A stretch of 64,000 nucleotides of DNA from Sulfurimonas sp. (GCA_021648405.1 JAKISX010000002.1:3925-67924), one strand, 5' to 3'; shown: positions 51,382-61,217, numbered from the stretch's first letter. Notes: generated by a model not told the origin, from the sequence alone. Program-made: numbers and translations.

Positions 51382-51894
51382 ATGAAAAATAAAATCTCTT
51401 CCCTTTTAGATGGTTTAATCACTTATGATTACATTCTTTTTGGAGGAATTTTACTTGTTTTTATTTTATTAATTGTTTTTGCCATACTGCTTAGAAAAAA
51501 GAAAAAAACATCTTTGTTTCTAGTAATTTTTTCATTTATTTTTTTAATAGCAGCTCCTTTTATGGGATATACAATTATGCATAAAAATCTATTTAAAAAC
51601 CAAACTACTCTTGTTAGTCAAAAAAAACTTGAATTTACAAAAGCGATAGTAGTTTATGCAAAGTTAGCTAACATATCTGATAGAGATTTTGAATCATGTT
51701 TAATAACAGCTACAATATATAGAACAAGTTCTAATAAGCTAAAAGATTTTATTTATAAATTTAAGCCGCTTCAAAAAATGTCGATTATTGAAGAGGATAT
51801 AGTGATAGCAAATGAGATTAATTTTAAGATTATAGTTTCTCCATTTACATATCCAAATGATTTTAACACCATAGTGGAGGCTAGTTGTAGATGA
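51382..51894 (+). CDS. DUF2393-like membrane protein
   Basis: Two N-terminal TMs, beta-rich C-terminal domain ending ASCR. Confidence 0.7.
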   Translation: MKNKISSLLDGLITYDYILFGGILLVFILLIVFAILLRKKKKTSLFLVIFSFIFLIAAPFMGYTIMHKNLFKNQTTLVSQKKLEFTKAIVVYAKLANISDRDFESCLITATIYRTSSNKLKDFIYKFKPLQKMSIIEEDIVIANEINFKIIVSPFTYPNDFNTIVEASCR

Positions 51895-52433
51895 GCGCAT
51901 TAAATTATTGGCATTTTATTGTACTTGGAATTATATTTTTAATTTTAATTTTTGGAATTTTTGGTGCACTAAAACAACCTGAAAAAAAATTACGGTTCCC
52001 TATGATATTTACAGTAGTTTTAATTACATCTTTGTTTGCTGCTTTTTCAATAGTAGTTGTTGATAAATACACAAAAGAGGCGAAACTATATAAATTTAAA
52101 AATAAACGACTTTTATCAATTGAAAAAATTGTATATACTGGTATTGTTAAAAATGAAGGAAAACACAACATAGGTGAAGTTACTTTTGAGATTAAAATAG
52201 TAAATAAAGGACTTGCAACAGGAAATGTAAAAGGTGGTTCATTTTATGCACCAACTGGATTTAAAGATTTTTTCAGCACCAAAAAAGGAGCGTCTAGACC
52301 TCAGTCAATTACAAAAGAGTTTATAGTAGCTACTAATTTAAAACCAGGGGAATCAAAATCTTTTAGAGTTCATTTTGATTACCCACCATATTTTTCAAAT
52401 GTATCACAGTTTGCTAAAGTATATGCTCACTAA
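51891..52433 (+). CDS. DUF2393-like membrane protein
   Basis: LNYWH, two TMs, GIVKNEG, LKPGESKSF, FDYPPYF. Confidence 0.7.
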   Translation: MSALNYWHFIVLGIIFLILIFGIFGALKQPEKKLRFPMIFTVVLITSLFAAFSIVVVDKYTKEAKLYKFKNKRLLSIEKIVYTGIVKNEGKHNIGEVTFEIKIVNKGLATGNVKGGSFYAPTGFKDFFSTKKGASRPQSITKEFIVATNLKPGESKSFRVHFDYPPYFSNVSQFAKVYAH

Positions 52434-52450
52434 AATTTAAGGAGTTAGTT

Positions 52451-53029
52451 ATGGAAAAAAAATTTACAAAACTTTATAGAGTTTGGCATTGGCTTTTAGC
52501 CTTTTCAGTGCTTGGACTTTTAATTACAGTAGCTCTTAGAAAAACTTTTCTTTCATGGCGAACAAATTCTGAAATTATTCAAACACAACTTAGTCAAAGC
52601 GGTATTGAGGTTACGCATGAGATAGCTAAAGCTACAGCAAAAGCAATCCGTTCGGGCATGTGGGAATGGCACTATATTTTTGCAGTTATACTAGTAATTG
52701 CAATTGTTATTAGAATCTATATGATGCTAACAAAAAAAGCAAAATTGCCTATAATTGTTTTTTTACAAGCAGAGTCTAGAGATAAGCTAAAATATGGTGT
52801 ATATATGTTTTTATGCTTTTTTATACTTATGATGACAATTAGTGGGGTGATTTTATATTATCACGATTTGTTAAATCTAACAAAAGATACTGTTGGCTGG
52901 CTTAAAGACCTACATGAAGATATGATGTACGGAGTATTAATTTTTGTTGTTTTGCACTTGGCGGGTGTATTCAAACATGAGCTAAGCACCAAAGAGCCAA
53001 TAGTATCAAAGATGATACATGGAGATTAA
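52451..53029 (+). CDS. Di-haem cytochrome b (b561 / Ni-hydrogenase cyt b family)
   Basis: RVWHW, WEWHY, DLHE, VLHLAG, SKMIHG. Confidence 0.85.
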   Translation: MEKKFTKLYRVWHWLLAFSVLGLLITVALRKTFLSWRTNSEIIQTQLSQSGIEVTHEIAKATAKAIRSGMWEWHYIFAVILVIAIVIRIYMMLTKKAKLPIIVFLQAESRDKLKYGVYMFLCFFILMMTISGVILYYHDLLNLTKDTVGWLKDLHEDMMYGVLIFVVLHLAGVFKHELSTKEPIVSKMIHGD

Positions 53030-53033
53030 AGTT

Positions 53034-54005
53034 TTAGTATTTTAATCCTACTTTTTTAAGTGCTTTGTTTATATTTTTAAGTTGAATATTTTTATTTTTA
53101 CACCAAGCAGGGGATAAAAGCGAATCGTCATCTATCCCTGCACTAACTCTTTGAACAGATACATTTTTTGGTTTCATCTCAATTGATTTTATCAATACAT
53201 CAAGATAATTTTCTTCACTAATTGGTGTAAACTCATTACGCATAAACTCATTTGCTAAGGCTGTTTTTTTTACCACATATAATGGATGATATTTTACAGA
53301 ATCAATACCCCATTCATAAGCTTGTTTAGAGGTCTCTAGCATCATCTCTTTGTTCTCATCAGGAAGACCAAATATAAGATGTCCGCAAACATTTAAGCCA
53401 GCTTTTTTTGACTTTAATATCCACTCTTTAACATTGTTGCTACTGTGACCGCGATTTATTTTTTGAAGTGTTTTATCATATATTGATTGTATCCCAAACT
53501 CTATCCAAATCTCTTTATCTTGATTTAGTTTTGCTAAATAATCAAGAGTTTCATCTGCGATAGAGTCCGAACGCGTTCCAATACTTAAGCCTACTACATT
53601 TTCAAATGATAGGGCTTTATCATATAGTGCTTTAAGTGTTTCAAATGGAGCATAAGTATTTGTATAAGATTGAAAATATACTAAAAATTTTTCAGCACCA
53701 TATTGATTTGTTTGTTTTTTAGAGATTGCAATAAATTGAAGTTCAAGTTGGAGGAGTTGCTTCTCAAGATAAGGATTTTCTTTTGAGTCTAGATTTAGAT
53801 GAAAACTTTTTAGTTCTTGAACTTCCCCAGTGCTTGCTGAAAAAGAATCATTTTCACAAAAAGTACAACCACCTTTAGCAACTGTACCATCTATATTTGG
53901 ACAAGTGAAACCTGAAATGTTTATACCAACTTTGTAAACTTTGCAACCAAACTTATCTTTTAAATAGTTGCCAAAAGTAAAAATTTGTTTTACTGCTAAT
54001 TTCAT
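53034..54005 (-). CDS. Radical SAM protein, TIGR01212/YhcC family
   Basis: GFTCPNIDGTVAKGGCTFC, YFQSYTNTY, GLSIGTR, INRGH. Confidence 0.9.
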   Translation of the reverse strand: MKLAVKQIFTFGNYLKDKFGCKVYKVGINISGFTCPNIDGTVAKGGCTFCENDSFSASTGEVQELKSFHLNLDSKENPYLEKQLLQLELQFIAISKKQTNQYGAEKFLVYFQSYTNTYAPFETLKALYDKALSFENVVGLSIGTRSDSIADETLDYLAKLNQDKEIWIEFGIQSIYDKTLQKINRGHSSNNVKEWILKSKKAGLNVCGHLIFGLPDENKEMMLETSKQAYEWGIDSVKYHPLYVVKKTALANEFMRNEFTPISEENYLDVLIKSIEMKPKNVSVQRVSAGIDDDSLLSPAWCKNKNIQLKNINKALKKVGLKY

Positions 54006-55363
54006 TAAATTATATAATTACCTGTAAAACAAGCTGTGCAATATTTATCTTCATTATTTGCATTTACACTTTTTAAAAGTGCAGCTTCATCAAGATAAGC
54101 TAAGGAATCGGCTTCAATATATTTGCATATTTCCTCATTTGACATATTTGCTGCAATTAAATTTTCTTTATCTGGAGTATCTACACCATAAAAACATGGG
54201 TCTGTTGTAGGGGGAGATGATACACGCATATGAACCTCTTTTGCACCTGCTTCTTTTAACATCCTTATAATTCGTCTTGAAGTTGTTCCACGAACAATAG
54301 AATCATCAATTACAATAACTTTTTTCCCTTTAATAATATCAACCATAGGGGAGAGTTTCATCTTAACTTTTAGATCACGCATCTCTTGAGTTGGTTCAAT
54401 AAATGTACGACCAATATAATGGTTTCTCATAATACCCATCTCATAAGGGATACCACTCTCTTGAGAATATCCAATAGCTGATGGGACACCACCATCTGGA
54501 ACAGGGATAACTAAATCTGCTTCTATAGGAGCAATATGAGCTAACTCTTTACCCATATTTTTTCTTGTTTGATATACTGATTGACCAAAAACTGACGAAT
54601 CTGGACGAGCAAAATAAACATATTCAAAAATACAATGTTTAGGAGTTGGTTCAAATACTTTAATACTTTTAGGCTCTTTACCTTCTCTAAATACAAGAAG
54701 TTCACCTGGTTTAACATCACGAATAAATATAGCACCTACAAGGTCAAACGCACAAGTTTCACTAGCTACTATATAGCCACCATTTGGAAGTTTTCCAAGG
54801 CTAAGAGGACGAAAACCATGACGATCACGCATAGCAAACATTTTTGTTCTACTTAAAAAAACTAATGAAAAAGCACCCTCTATCCTTTGAACTGCGTCAA
54901 TAATTCTATCAACAAGTTTTTTTTGTTCACTTTTAGCAATAAGATGAATAAGATTTTCAGTATCCATAAATGTTTGAAATATAGCACCATTTGCAATAAG
55001 TTTATTACGAACTTCTTCAGCATTTGTAAGGTTTCCATTGTGAACAATTGCCATCTCACCTAAATCATATCTTGCAAATACAGGTTGTGCATCAAGGATT
55101 GAATCATCACCAGCAGTAGAATAGCGTGTATGACCAATAGCTGAGGAACCACTAAGTGTATTTAGTTTATCTTCATCAAAAACACGCATAACCAAACCAC
55201 GCTTTTTGATAGTTTGAAGTTTTTTGCCATTAGATGAGCTTATTCCAGCTGCTTCTTGACCACGATGTTGAAGTGAGTGAAGGGAAAAATAAGCGAGCCT
55301 AGAAGCTTCTTTGTGACCAAATATACCCACAACGGCACATTTTTCATTTATATTTTCAAGCAA
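54005..55363 (-). CDS. purF: Amidophosphoribosyltransferase
   Basis: LQHRGQE, GHTRYST, CIFEYVYFARPDS, DDSIVRGTT, CTACFTG. Confidence 0.97.
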   Translation of the reverse strand: MLENINEKCAVVGIFGHKEASRLAYFSLHSLQHRGQEAAGISSSNGKKLQTIKKRGLVMRVFDEDKLNTLSGSSAIGHTRYSTAGDDSILDAQPVFARYDLGEMAIVHNGNLTNAEEVRNKLIANGAIFQTFMDTENLIHLIAKSEQKKLVDRIIDAVQRIEGAFSLVFLSRTKMFAMRDRHGFRPLSLGKLPNGGYIVASETCAFDLVGAIFIRDVKPGELLVFREGKEPKSIKVFEPTPKHCIFEYVYFARPDSSVFGQSVYQTRKNMGKELAHIAPIEADLVIPVPDGGVPSAIGYSQESGIPYEMGIMRNHYIGRTFIEPTQEMRDLKVKMKLSPMVDIIKGKKVIVIDDSIVRGTTSRRIIRMLKEAGAKEVHMRVSSPPTTDPCFYGVDTPDKENLIAANMSNEEICKYIEADSLAYLDEAALLKSVNANNEDKYCTACFTGNYII

Positions 55364-55449
55364 TATAATATCCTCTAAAATTATTAATGTAATTATACTA
55401 AAATTACTCTAATGATAGTTTAAAATTTTATATATTTATATTAGTCAAA

Positions 55450-55465
55450 TGGAACATATTTTGCT
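55450..55465 (+). promoter_or_regulatory. Sigma-54 (-24/-12) promoter
   Basis: TGGAAC-ATATT-TTGCT, i.e. GG-N10-GC, 34 nt upstream of ATG 55499. Confidence 0.7.
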
Positions 55466-55498
55466 TTTAAGCTTTAGTAATTAATAATAGGTGGTGAT

Positions 55499-56302
55499 AT
55501 GGAGATAGTTTTACGCAATAATTTAATCCTTATAACTACATGTTTTGATACTCTTAACTCCACTTGGATGAAAGAATTTTTAAATCATCATGCGAGAGGT
55601 ATGCTTTTTTTACCCAAAGCGGTGCTAGTATTTAGAAATGAAAGTTTAAAAGATATTAGAGAAGAGTTTTTAAGTCAATTATCTCATCATCATGCTAAAA
55701 CTCACGATTTTGATCATGAGTTTTTTTTACGCTCAATGCTTAAATACGGACTCCAGCCAATTAAAATAGAGCTAAACAAACTTGAAGAACCTGAAGTAAT
55801 TAAGGTAAACCTATATGCCTACGATAGAGATACAGTTTTAATATCACTTAATCATCAAAACTCATGGGTTATTAATTATCTTCGCTCACAATTAGAGGTC
55901 TATGTTGAGCGTGGTACTGATGTAAGCTTAGTTATAGATGTAAGTGATTATAAAGCAAAAACTAGATTAGAGCGTGCATTAAATAAACGACATATTTTGC
56001 ATTATCAAATTCAATATATTTATGATAACCATTTTATGAGTAAGTTGTATAGTAATTTTGCAAATTTTAGTTTTGGTGATTTATGTAAAGAAGAAGCCCA
56101 AGAGACAAATACTAAATTTTATACAGTGCTTGAGTGTCCAGTTGGTGCTTCTCAGGATAGACTTAAAAAGAGCTATAAAAAATTAGTAAAAGTATATCAT
56201 CCAGATAAAATTATACATGAATGTCCAAATATGGTAACTCGCTATACCCAAAAATTTCAGCTACTTCAAGAGGCATACCAAGCATTAAGAATAGTCTCTT
56301 AA
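55499..56302 (+). CDS. C-terminal J-domain (DnaJ-like) protein
   Basis: LKKSYKKLVKVYHPD...KFQLLQEAY. Confidence 0.85.
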   Translation: MEIVLRNNLILITTCFDTLNSTWMKEFLNHHARGMLFLPKAVLVFRNESLKDIREEFLSQLSHHHAKTHDFDHEFFLRSMLKYGLQPIKIELNKLEEPEVIKVNLYAYDRDTVLISLNHQNSWVINYLRSQLEVYVERGTDVSLVIDVSDYKAKTRLERALNKRHILHYQIQYIYDNHFMSKLYSNFANFSFGDLCKEEAQETNTKFYTVLECPVGASQDRLKKSYKKLVKVYHPDKIIHECPNMVTRYTQKFQLLQEAYQALRIVS

Positions 56303-57207
56303 GCTTTACTTTTTTTCAATAATGCTTTAAAATCTTCAGAGCTGTATAAAGACAATTCTTTACCTTGGATTTTTTCTAATTCTTTAGAATAACCTCTTTT
56401 AGAAAAGAAAACTATTTTAGCTGGTTTAATTCCTAACTTTTCACACTTTTCATTGAGTTTATGTAGCTCTTTTTTGTTGATTTTGTGGTTAGTCCATTTA
56501 CATTCTCCTACATATAATTGGTTGTCATCAGTTTGAGTTAGTATATCTATCTCTACATTCATATCCCAGTAACTTCCGCTATTTAAGATGCCAGCATCTC
56601 TTAGGTTATAGTTTAAAAGCAATTCTGAAAGTTCTTCAAAAACTAAAGAGGTAAATTGATTTTGTTTTTGGTTAAAGGAGTCAAAAAAATTGTTAAAGTT
56701 GCCCTCTTTAATCTCTTTGGAATGTGGGACAACAAAGTAAAACCAAAAACGAATAAATGGGTGGTTGAAAAGTACCTTATGGGAGATTCTATGACGGGCT
56801 AACTCTCTTTTTAGTTTTAAGCTAGGAAATGCTTTTTTAGCATTTATCTCACGAGACTCTTCTATCTCTATAATTCCACCTTTTTTTAAAAAATTTAAGG
56901 CAGCTCCTCCATTACCGTTGTTAAGCCCAGCCCTTTTAAAAGCAGAAAATATACGCCTGTCACCAACTGCTAAAGCTCTTAAAAGTCGTATGTTTACAGA
57001 ATCGTTTGCTGTAATAATTTTGATTTTATCATTGATGTGTTCATAGTCATTTAGTATGTGTATATGTATGAGCTCTGATATGCTCATGGAGGTATCAACT
57101 TCGATTTTTAGTCCACCAAACACAGCAAAGTGTTCTATCAAACTTTCCATATCATCATGGTAGTTATCAAAATAAAATGAACGAAATTGTTCTAAAAGCA
57201 TTTTCAT
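56299..57207 (-). CDS. DUF234-domain protein (PD-(D/E)xK-like C-terminus)
   Basis: PFIRFWFYFV, FEEL, YWD..VEIDI, GECKW, FFSKRGY; no Walker A visible. Confidence 0.8.
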   Translation of the reverse strand: MKMLLEQFRSFYFDNYHDDMESLIEHFAVFGGLKIEVDTSMSISELIHIHILNDYEHINDKIKIITANDSVNIRLLRALAVGDRRIFSAFKRAGLNNGNGGAALNFLKKGGIIEIEESREINAKKAFPSLKLKRELARHRISHKVLFNHPFIRFWFYFVVPHSKEIKEGNFNNFFDSFNQKQNQFTSLVFEELSELLLNYNLRDAGILNSGSYWDMNVEIDILTQTDDNQLYVGECKWTNHKINKKELHKLNEKCEKLGIKPAKIVFFSKRGYSKELEKIQGKELSLYSSEDFKALLKKSKA

Positions 57208-57240
57208 ATAATTATTGTATCACAATTATTTAATGAATAT

Positions 57241-57492
57241 TTAGTGGGTGCTTATTGTGCCTTGTTGATGTTTATCTTTAGCATAATTGCTATCCCATTT
57301 TTGATAATTTTTAAATTCTGAATTTTGTTTTAAAGTATCATCTGTTTTTGAATTATTTGTATCATTTTTTACTTTGTATTGTTGTAATTTATCAGAATTA
57401 TTGTTTTTAAAAACGGTATTTTGAGCATTAATAGTTATGGTGCCTAGTCCTAAAAATAGAACTATATTTAGTAATGTTTTCATAATTTTCAT
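57241..57492 (-). CDS. Small secreted hypothetical protein
   Basis: Signal-peptide-like N-terminus; AAGGA RBS fits ATG 57492 or 57483. Confidence 0.55.
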   Translation of the reverse strand: MKIMKTLLNIVLFLGLGTITINAQNTVFKNNNSDKLQQYKVKNDTNNSKTDDTLKQNSEFKNYQKWDSNYAKDKHQQGTISTH

Positions 57493-57609
57493 AGATATCC
57501 TTTAAGTAGCTAGTTAAATTTTAAGAGAGTTTAGCCATTATTATAGTAAAAATGTTTTTATAGTTTTAAAATATTTTAAATTAGTTATAAAATTTAAAGA
57601 AATAAACTC

Positions 57610-58884
57610 TCACAACTCACTACCCCATTTCAACATATCAAGACCATATTTTTCTCTTAATGTTTGAATTTCTTGAGTTAATTTTTCCATTTTTTCATCC
57701 TCTGCAAAGTTTATGAGAGATAACTCTTTTTTAGATTCCCTTGTAAAACTAGAACAGTTAATACCTATGCGGATAACTTGGAGCCTTTTTTGAGTGTCTG
57801 CTTCATTAAACAAAGTAATACAAAGTGAATTAAATTTTTTTTCAGTAAAACGCTCACTTAAAGAGATGCTTTTATAGCTTTTAATATTCATGTCATAGCC
57901 AATACTAAGGCTAAATACAGTTGGAATTACTTTTAATTTTAAAATAGCAAAGTTTAGATGTCTAGTTAGTATATGTACACGCCGTCTTAGCTCTACTCTA
58001 TCAAACACAGGGTCAAATGTCCTAGCAATGCCGATGCTTTTTCTTCTACTTGTTGTTTTTATGGGAGCATCAGCTTCACCGTTTACTCGTCTGTAAAGCT
58101 CTTTTGCATAAGGTCCCCAACTCTCTAAAGTTCCCCTCCTATCTCTTAGCTCTCCAAGCGTATGGATTTGTGCAGAGCTTAATTTATTTGCCATACTTTT
58201 ACCAATGCCTGCAAATTCTCTAACAGGTATTGAGTTTATAAACTCATTAAACTCATTTTCAAGTATGATTTTGCACCCATAAGGCTTTGCATAATTAGTA
58301 GCTAATTTAGCAATATATTTAGTTTTAGCACCACCAATAGATACTGGTAAACCAACTACATCTTTAATTTCATAGCGTAAGTTATCTATGAATTGTGGTA
58401 GCTCAGCATCATCTATCCAGCCACTTAAATCTCCATAAAACTCATCAATACTAGCTTGTTCAATAAGTGGAATTTTAGTTTGTAAAAACTCATGTAGTTC
58501 ATGTGATAGTTTTTGATAAAGCGACATATTTGATGCTTTTATGATGAGATTTGGACAAAGTCCAAGAGCATCTTTTATGTTCATAGCAGTTTTTACACCA
58601 TATGCTCTTGCTTCATAACTAGAGGTGGTAAGGATACCTCTAACCCTGCTTTTAGAGTCTTTAAAATTAGATAAATCATCATCTTTTTTTTCATAAGTTT
58701 TAAAAAATGTTGGAACAAAGCTTCCAGAATTTTCAAAACTTACAGATTGTTTTTTTGCATTTGCATCAAAGATTTTAGAGTTGTTACTGCTCCCACCAAT
58801 AGCAACAGGCTTACCTTCCAACGATGGATCAACCAAACGAGCAGCACTAACAAAAAAGCAATCTATATCTATATGTATTTTAAT
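57610..58884 (-). CDS. dinB: Y-family DNA polymerase IV (DinB); non-canonical start inferred
   Basis: In-frame (I)KIHIDIDCFFVSA upstream of the ORF-track start, SYEARAYGVKTAM, SIDEFY, AKLA..KPYG, GIG, RKSIG..RTF. Confidence 0.9.
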   Translation of the reverse strand: MKIHIDIDCFFVSAARLVDPSLEGKPVAIGGSSNNSKIFDANAKKQSVSFENSGSFVPTFFKTYEKKDDDLSNFKDSKSRVRGILTTSSYEARAYGVKTAMNIKDALGLCPNLIIKASNMSLYQKLSHELHEFLQTKIPLIEQASIDEFYGDLSGWIDDAELPQFIDNLRYEIKDVVGLPVSIGGAKTKYIAKLATNYAKPYGCKIILENEFNEFINSIPVREFAGIGKSMANKLSSAQIHTLGELRDRRGTLESWGPYAKELYRRVNGEADAPIKTTSRRKSIGIARTFDPVFDRVELRRRVHILTRHLNFAILKLKVIPTVFSLSIGYDMNIKSYKSISLSERFTEKKFNSLCITLFNEADTQKRLQVIRIGINCSSFTRESKKELSLINFAEDEKMEKLTQEIQTLREKYGLDMLKWGSEL

Positions 58885-58999
58885 TTTCAGTACCTCTTAT
58901 AGGGGTTAATTACAGGTATTATAATATTTTTATACACTTCATATTAACTCAAAGTAATTTTCTTCTTTATAATTATAGAGAAAAATATTTATAAAAGTA

Positions 59000-59028
59000 A
59001 ATTATATGGCATATTGTCATACTTTTAT
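59000..59028 (-). promoter_or_regulatory. Copy of the palindromic operator upstream of dinB
   Basis: Minus strand ATAAAAGTATGACAATATGCCATATAATT; first 16 nt identical to 27442-27457; TATAAT at 58977-58972. Confidence 0.72.
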
Positions 59029-59166
59029 CTAGTGTTATTATCTAAATGTATATTCGATAGTTTATTAATAAGCCCAACCTGTTATAAATTTATGAAATAT
59101 ACTGGACATAAGTGTTTGACAAAGAAGTCCTGCTCCAAGGTCTTAAGAATTGTTCAGAGAGTTCAA

Positions 59167-59727
59167 TTATTGTTTAGCTTTGTCTATATAATAACTATAG
59201 ATGATATGATTTAGAATCATGTGTATATCTTCTACAATTCCGTATTGACCCTTATCCGTTTGAACATGAAAGTTTATATCTGATTTTTTCTTTAACTTTC
59301 CACCATCAAAACCTGTAATGCCTACGATTTTAGCATCTTGTTTTTTTGCATATTTTACAGCTTTTATTATGTTTTTTGAGTTACCACTACATGAAATTGC
59401 TATAAGTGTATCATCTTTACAAATTCTATCTTTTAGTTGCATATAAAATATGTTTTTATACCCAATATCATTCGCTAAGGCTGTGCATACTGGAGTGTTG
59501 TCACTTAAGCTTTCAACATCAAAATTTTTAATCCCTCTTCTTTTTAGTCCAGCACCTAAATCATTTACCATATGCGAAGCAGTAGCAGCACTTCCACCAT
59601 TTCCTATGATATAAATTTTACCTTTTGTGTTGTCTAATAAATTTACAATTTTTGTTATTGATTTTGTATCAATATCTTTAAGAGAAGATACTAAACTTTT
59701 TATATATTTTTTCGTAAATTTTTTCAT
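59167..59727 (-). CDS. gmhA: SIS-domain phosphoheptose isomerase (GmhA-like)
   Basis: GNGGSAATASH, TALANDIGY, ISCSGNSKN, TGFDGG, EDIH. Confidence 0.8.
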   Translation of the reverse strand: MKKFTKKYIKSLVSSLKDIDTKSITKIVNLLDNTKGKIYIIGNGGSAATASHMVNDLGAGLKRRGIKNFDVESLSDNTPVCTALANDIGYKNIFYMQLKDRICKDDTLIAISCSGNSKNIIKAVKYAKKQDAKIVGITGFDGGKLKKKSDINFHVQTDKGQYGIVEDIHMILNHIIYSYYIDKAKQ

Positions 59728-59795
59728 TTTAAATGCCTTATTAAGTATTAATGAGGTATCTTAACTTAATAAATTAAAATAAAGATTAAATACTA

Positions 59796-61214
59796 ATGTA
59801 TGAAGACACTTATTTTTTAAATGCCGAGGAAGCACTTAGAGTAGCTAGTTTGCAAAACAAAACTAATAATGGCTATGTCCTTCAGGTGTGTTACTATTCA
59901 GGTGAAAAAATAAAATCTGAGTATCAAAATTTAATCCACTTACCAATTGAAAACTTAGTCAATGATTTAGCTAAAGGGGAGTATAGAATCCCAACTAAAG
60001 TAGATTTTACAGGGCTAGATATATCAGCTAGTGTAAGACTAGAAATACTACAAAATTTTAATATCTCACTAGAGCAAGCAAGAGATTATAGAAATCAATA
60101 TAATGCCTTTTATTCAAATGCTTTAAAAAATGCTAAATTAGATTTTAGTGAACCACTTCGGTTTTATCTTTTAGCTGCTTCTGGTACTCGCGTGATGCAG
60201 CATATTTCCAAAAATATTGCCAATTCATTACAAAGTCTTGGGCATGAAGTCCTTTTTGTTTTAGATATTGGTATAAATGATATGAAATCTCTTAAAAAGA
60301 TGGCAGAGTTTAACCCACATGCGACAATAAATATAAACCATATAAATAACGCAATGTTAGGGGAGGATGTTTTTAATTTTATTTGGATTCAAGATTATTT
60401 TGCAATTGAGCAGTTTAAGCATATTGCGTTAAGAAAAAGAGATAAAGTTTTTCATTTAGTAAAGTCTCTTGCGGAGCATCTGCAAAATATAAACATTATT
60501 TCTCAGTACCAAGGTTTTTGTATTGATGGAAGTGTATATAAGCATAGAGATTCTATAGAGCGAAAAAACAAAATTGTTTTGATTGGCGGTAGTTATAAAA
60601 TAAATTTTGATATAGTAAAAAATAAAAATAAAAATAAAATAGCAGAATCTTTAATGAGTAATTATATCTCTCCAACACATAAAACCGAAAGTGAGATAGC
60701 GAAATACTATAAGCATTTAAGAGATTTTTTTAATATAACGAGTGATGAGCTTGGAGAGATTGTTAAGTATGTACAAAGAGATAGATTTTTATTATATATT
60801 GCTAATTTAGATATAGCTTATGAGATAGAGATCTATGGATGGGGATGGGAGCAATACGACGAAATAAAAGACAACTATAAAGGTATATTAGCGTATGGAG
60901 AAGATATATCAAAAGTATATAATAGTGCTAAATATACATTAGTTTTAGGTGGATATGCATTACAGCAAAGAACACTTGAGTCAGCAGCAAGTGGATGTAT
61001 TCCTCTCATCTATGACAGTAGGAATTATAATAAAGGAGATGAAAACGAAACTTGCTTTAAAGAGAGTTTAGTTTTTTTTACTAAACCTGATGAAATTACA
61101 TCTCTTGTAGAAACAAAGCACAATCTTGATTTAAACTGTATAGTAAAAGCAAATAGCTATACTTCATTTGCTGAAAAAATGCTAAATATAATTAATGAAA
61201 ATACTCTAGGGTAG
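59796..61214 (+). CDS. Glycosyltransferase-like protein (GT-B/CgeB-like C-terminus)
   Basis: IYGWGW, YGEDISKVYNSAK, RTLESAASGC. Confidence 0.6.
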   Translation: MYEDTYFLNAEEALRVASLQNKTNNGYVLQVCYYSGEKIKSEYQNLIHLPIENLVNDLAKGEYRIPTKVDFTGLDISASVRLEILQNFNISLEQARDYRNQYNAFYSNALKNAKLDFSEPLRFYLLAASGTRVMQHISKNIANSLQSLGHEVLFVLDIGINDMKSLKKMAEFNPHATININHINNAMLGEDVFNFIWIQDYFAIEQFKHIALRKRDKVFHLVKSLAEHLQNINIISQYQGFCIDGSVYKHRDSIERKNKIVLIGGSYKINFDIVKNKNKNKIAESLMSNYISPTHKTESEIAKYYKHLRDFFNITSDELGEIVKYVQRDRFLLYIANLDIAYEIEIYGWGWEQYDEIKDNYKGILAYGEDISKVYNSAKYTLVLGGYALQQRTLESAASGCIPLIYDSRNYNKGDENETCFKESLVFFTKPDEITSLVETKHNLDLNCIVKANSYTSFAEKMLNIINENTLG

Positions 61215-61217
61215 GTT

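Noticed and set aside
1797-54856. Many short antisense or overlapping ORFs in the track (e.g. 2775-3119, 9049-9474, 42864-43313, 45597-45905)
   Set aside because: Shadow frames of well-supported genes, with no RBS or recognisable motifs
59014-59214. 66-aa plus-strand ORF, and a minus-strand DLGAGL peptide echoing gmhA, in the dinB-gmhA spacer
   Set aside because: No RBS, the ORF starts inside the operator and overlaps gmhA, and the peptide match is too short to call a pseudogene
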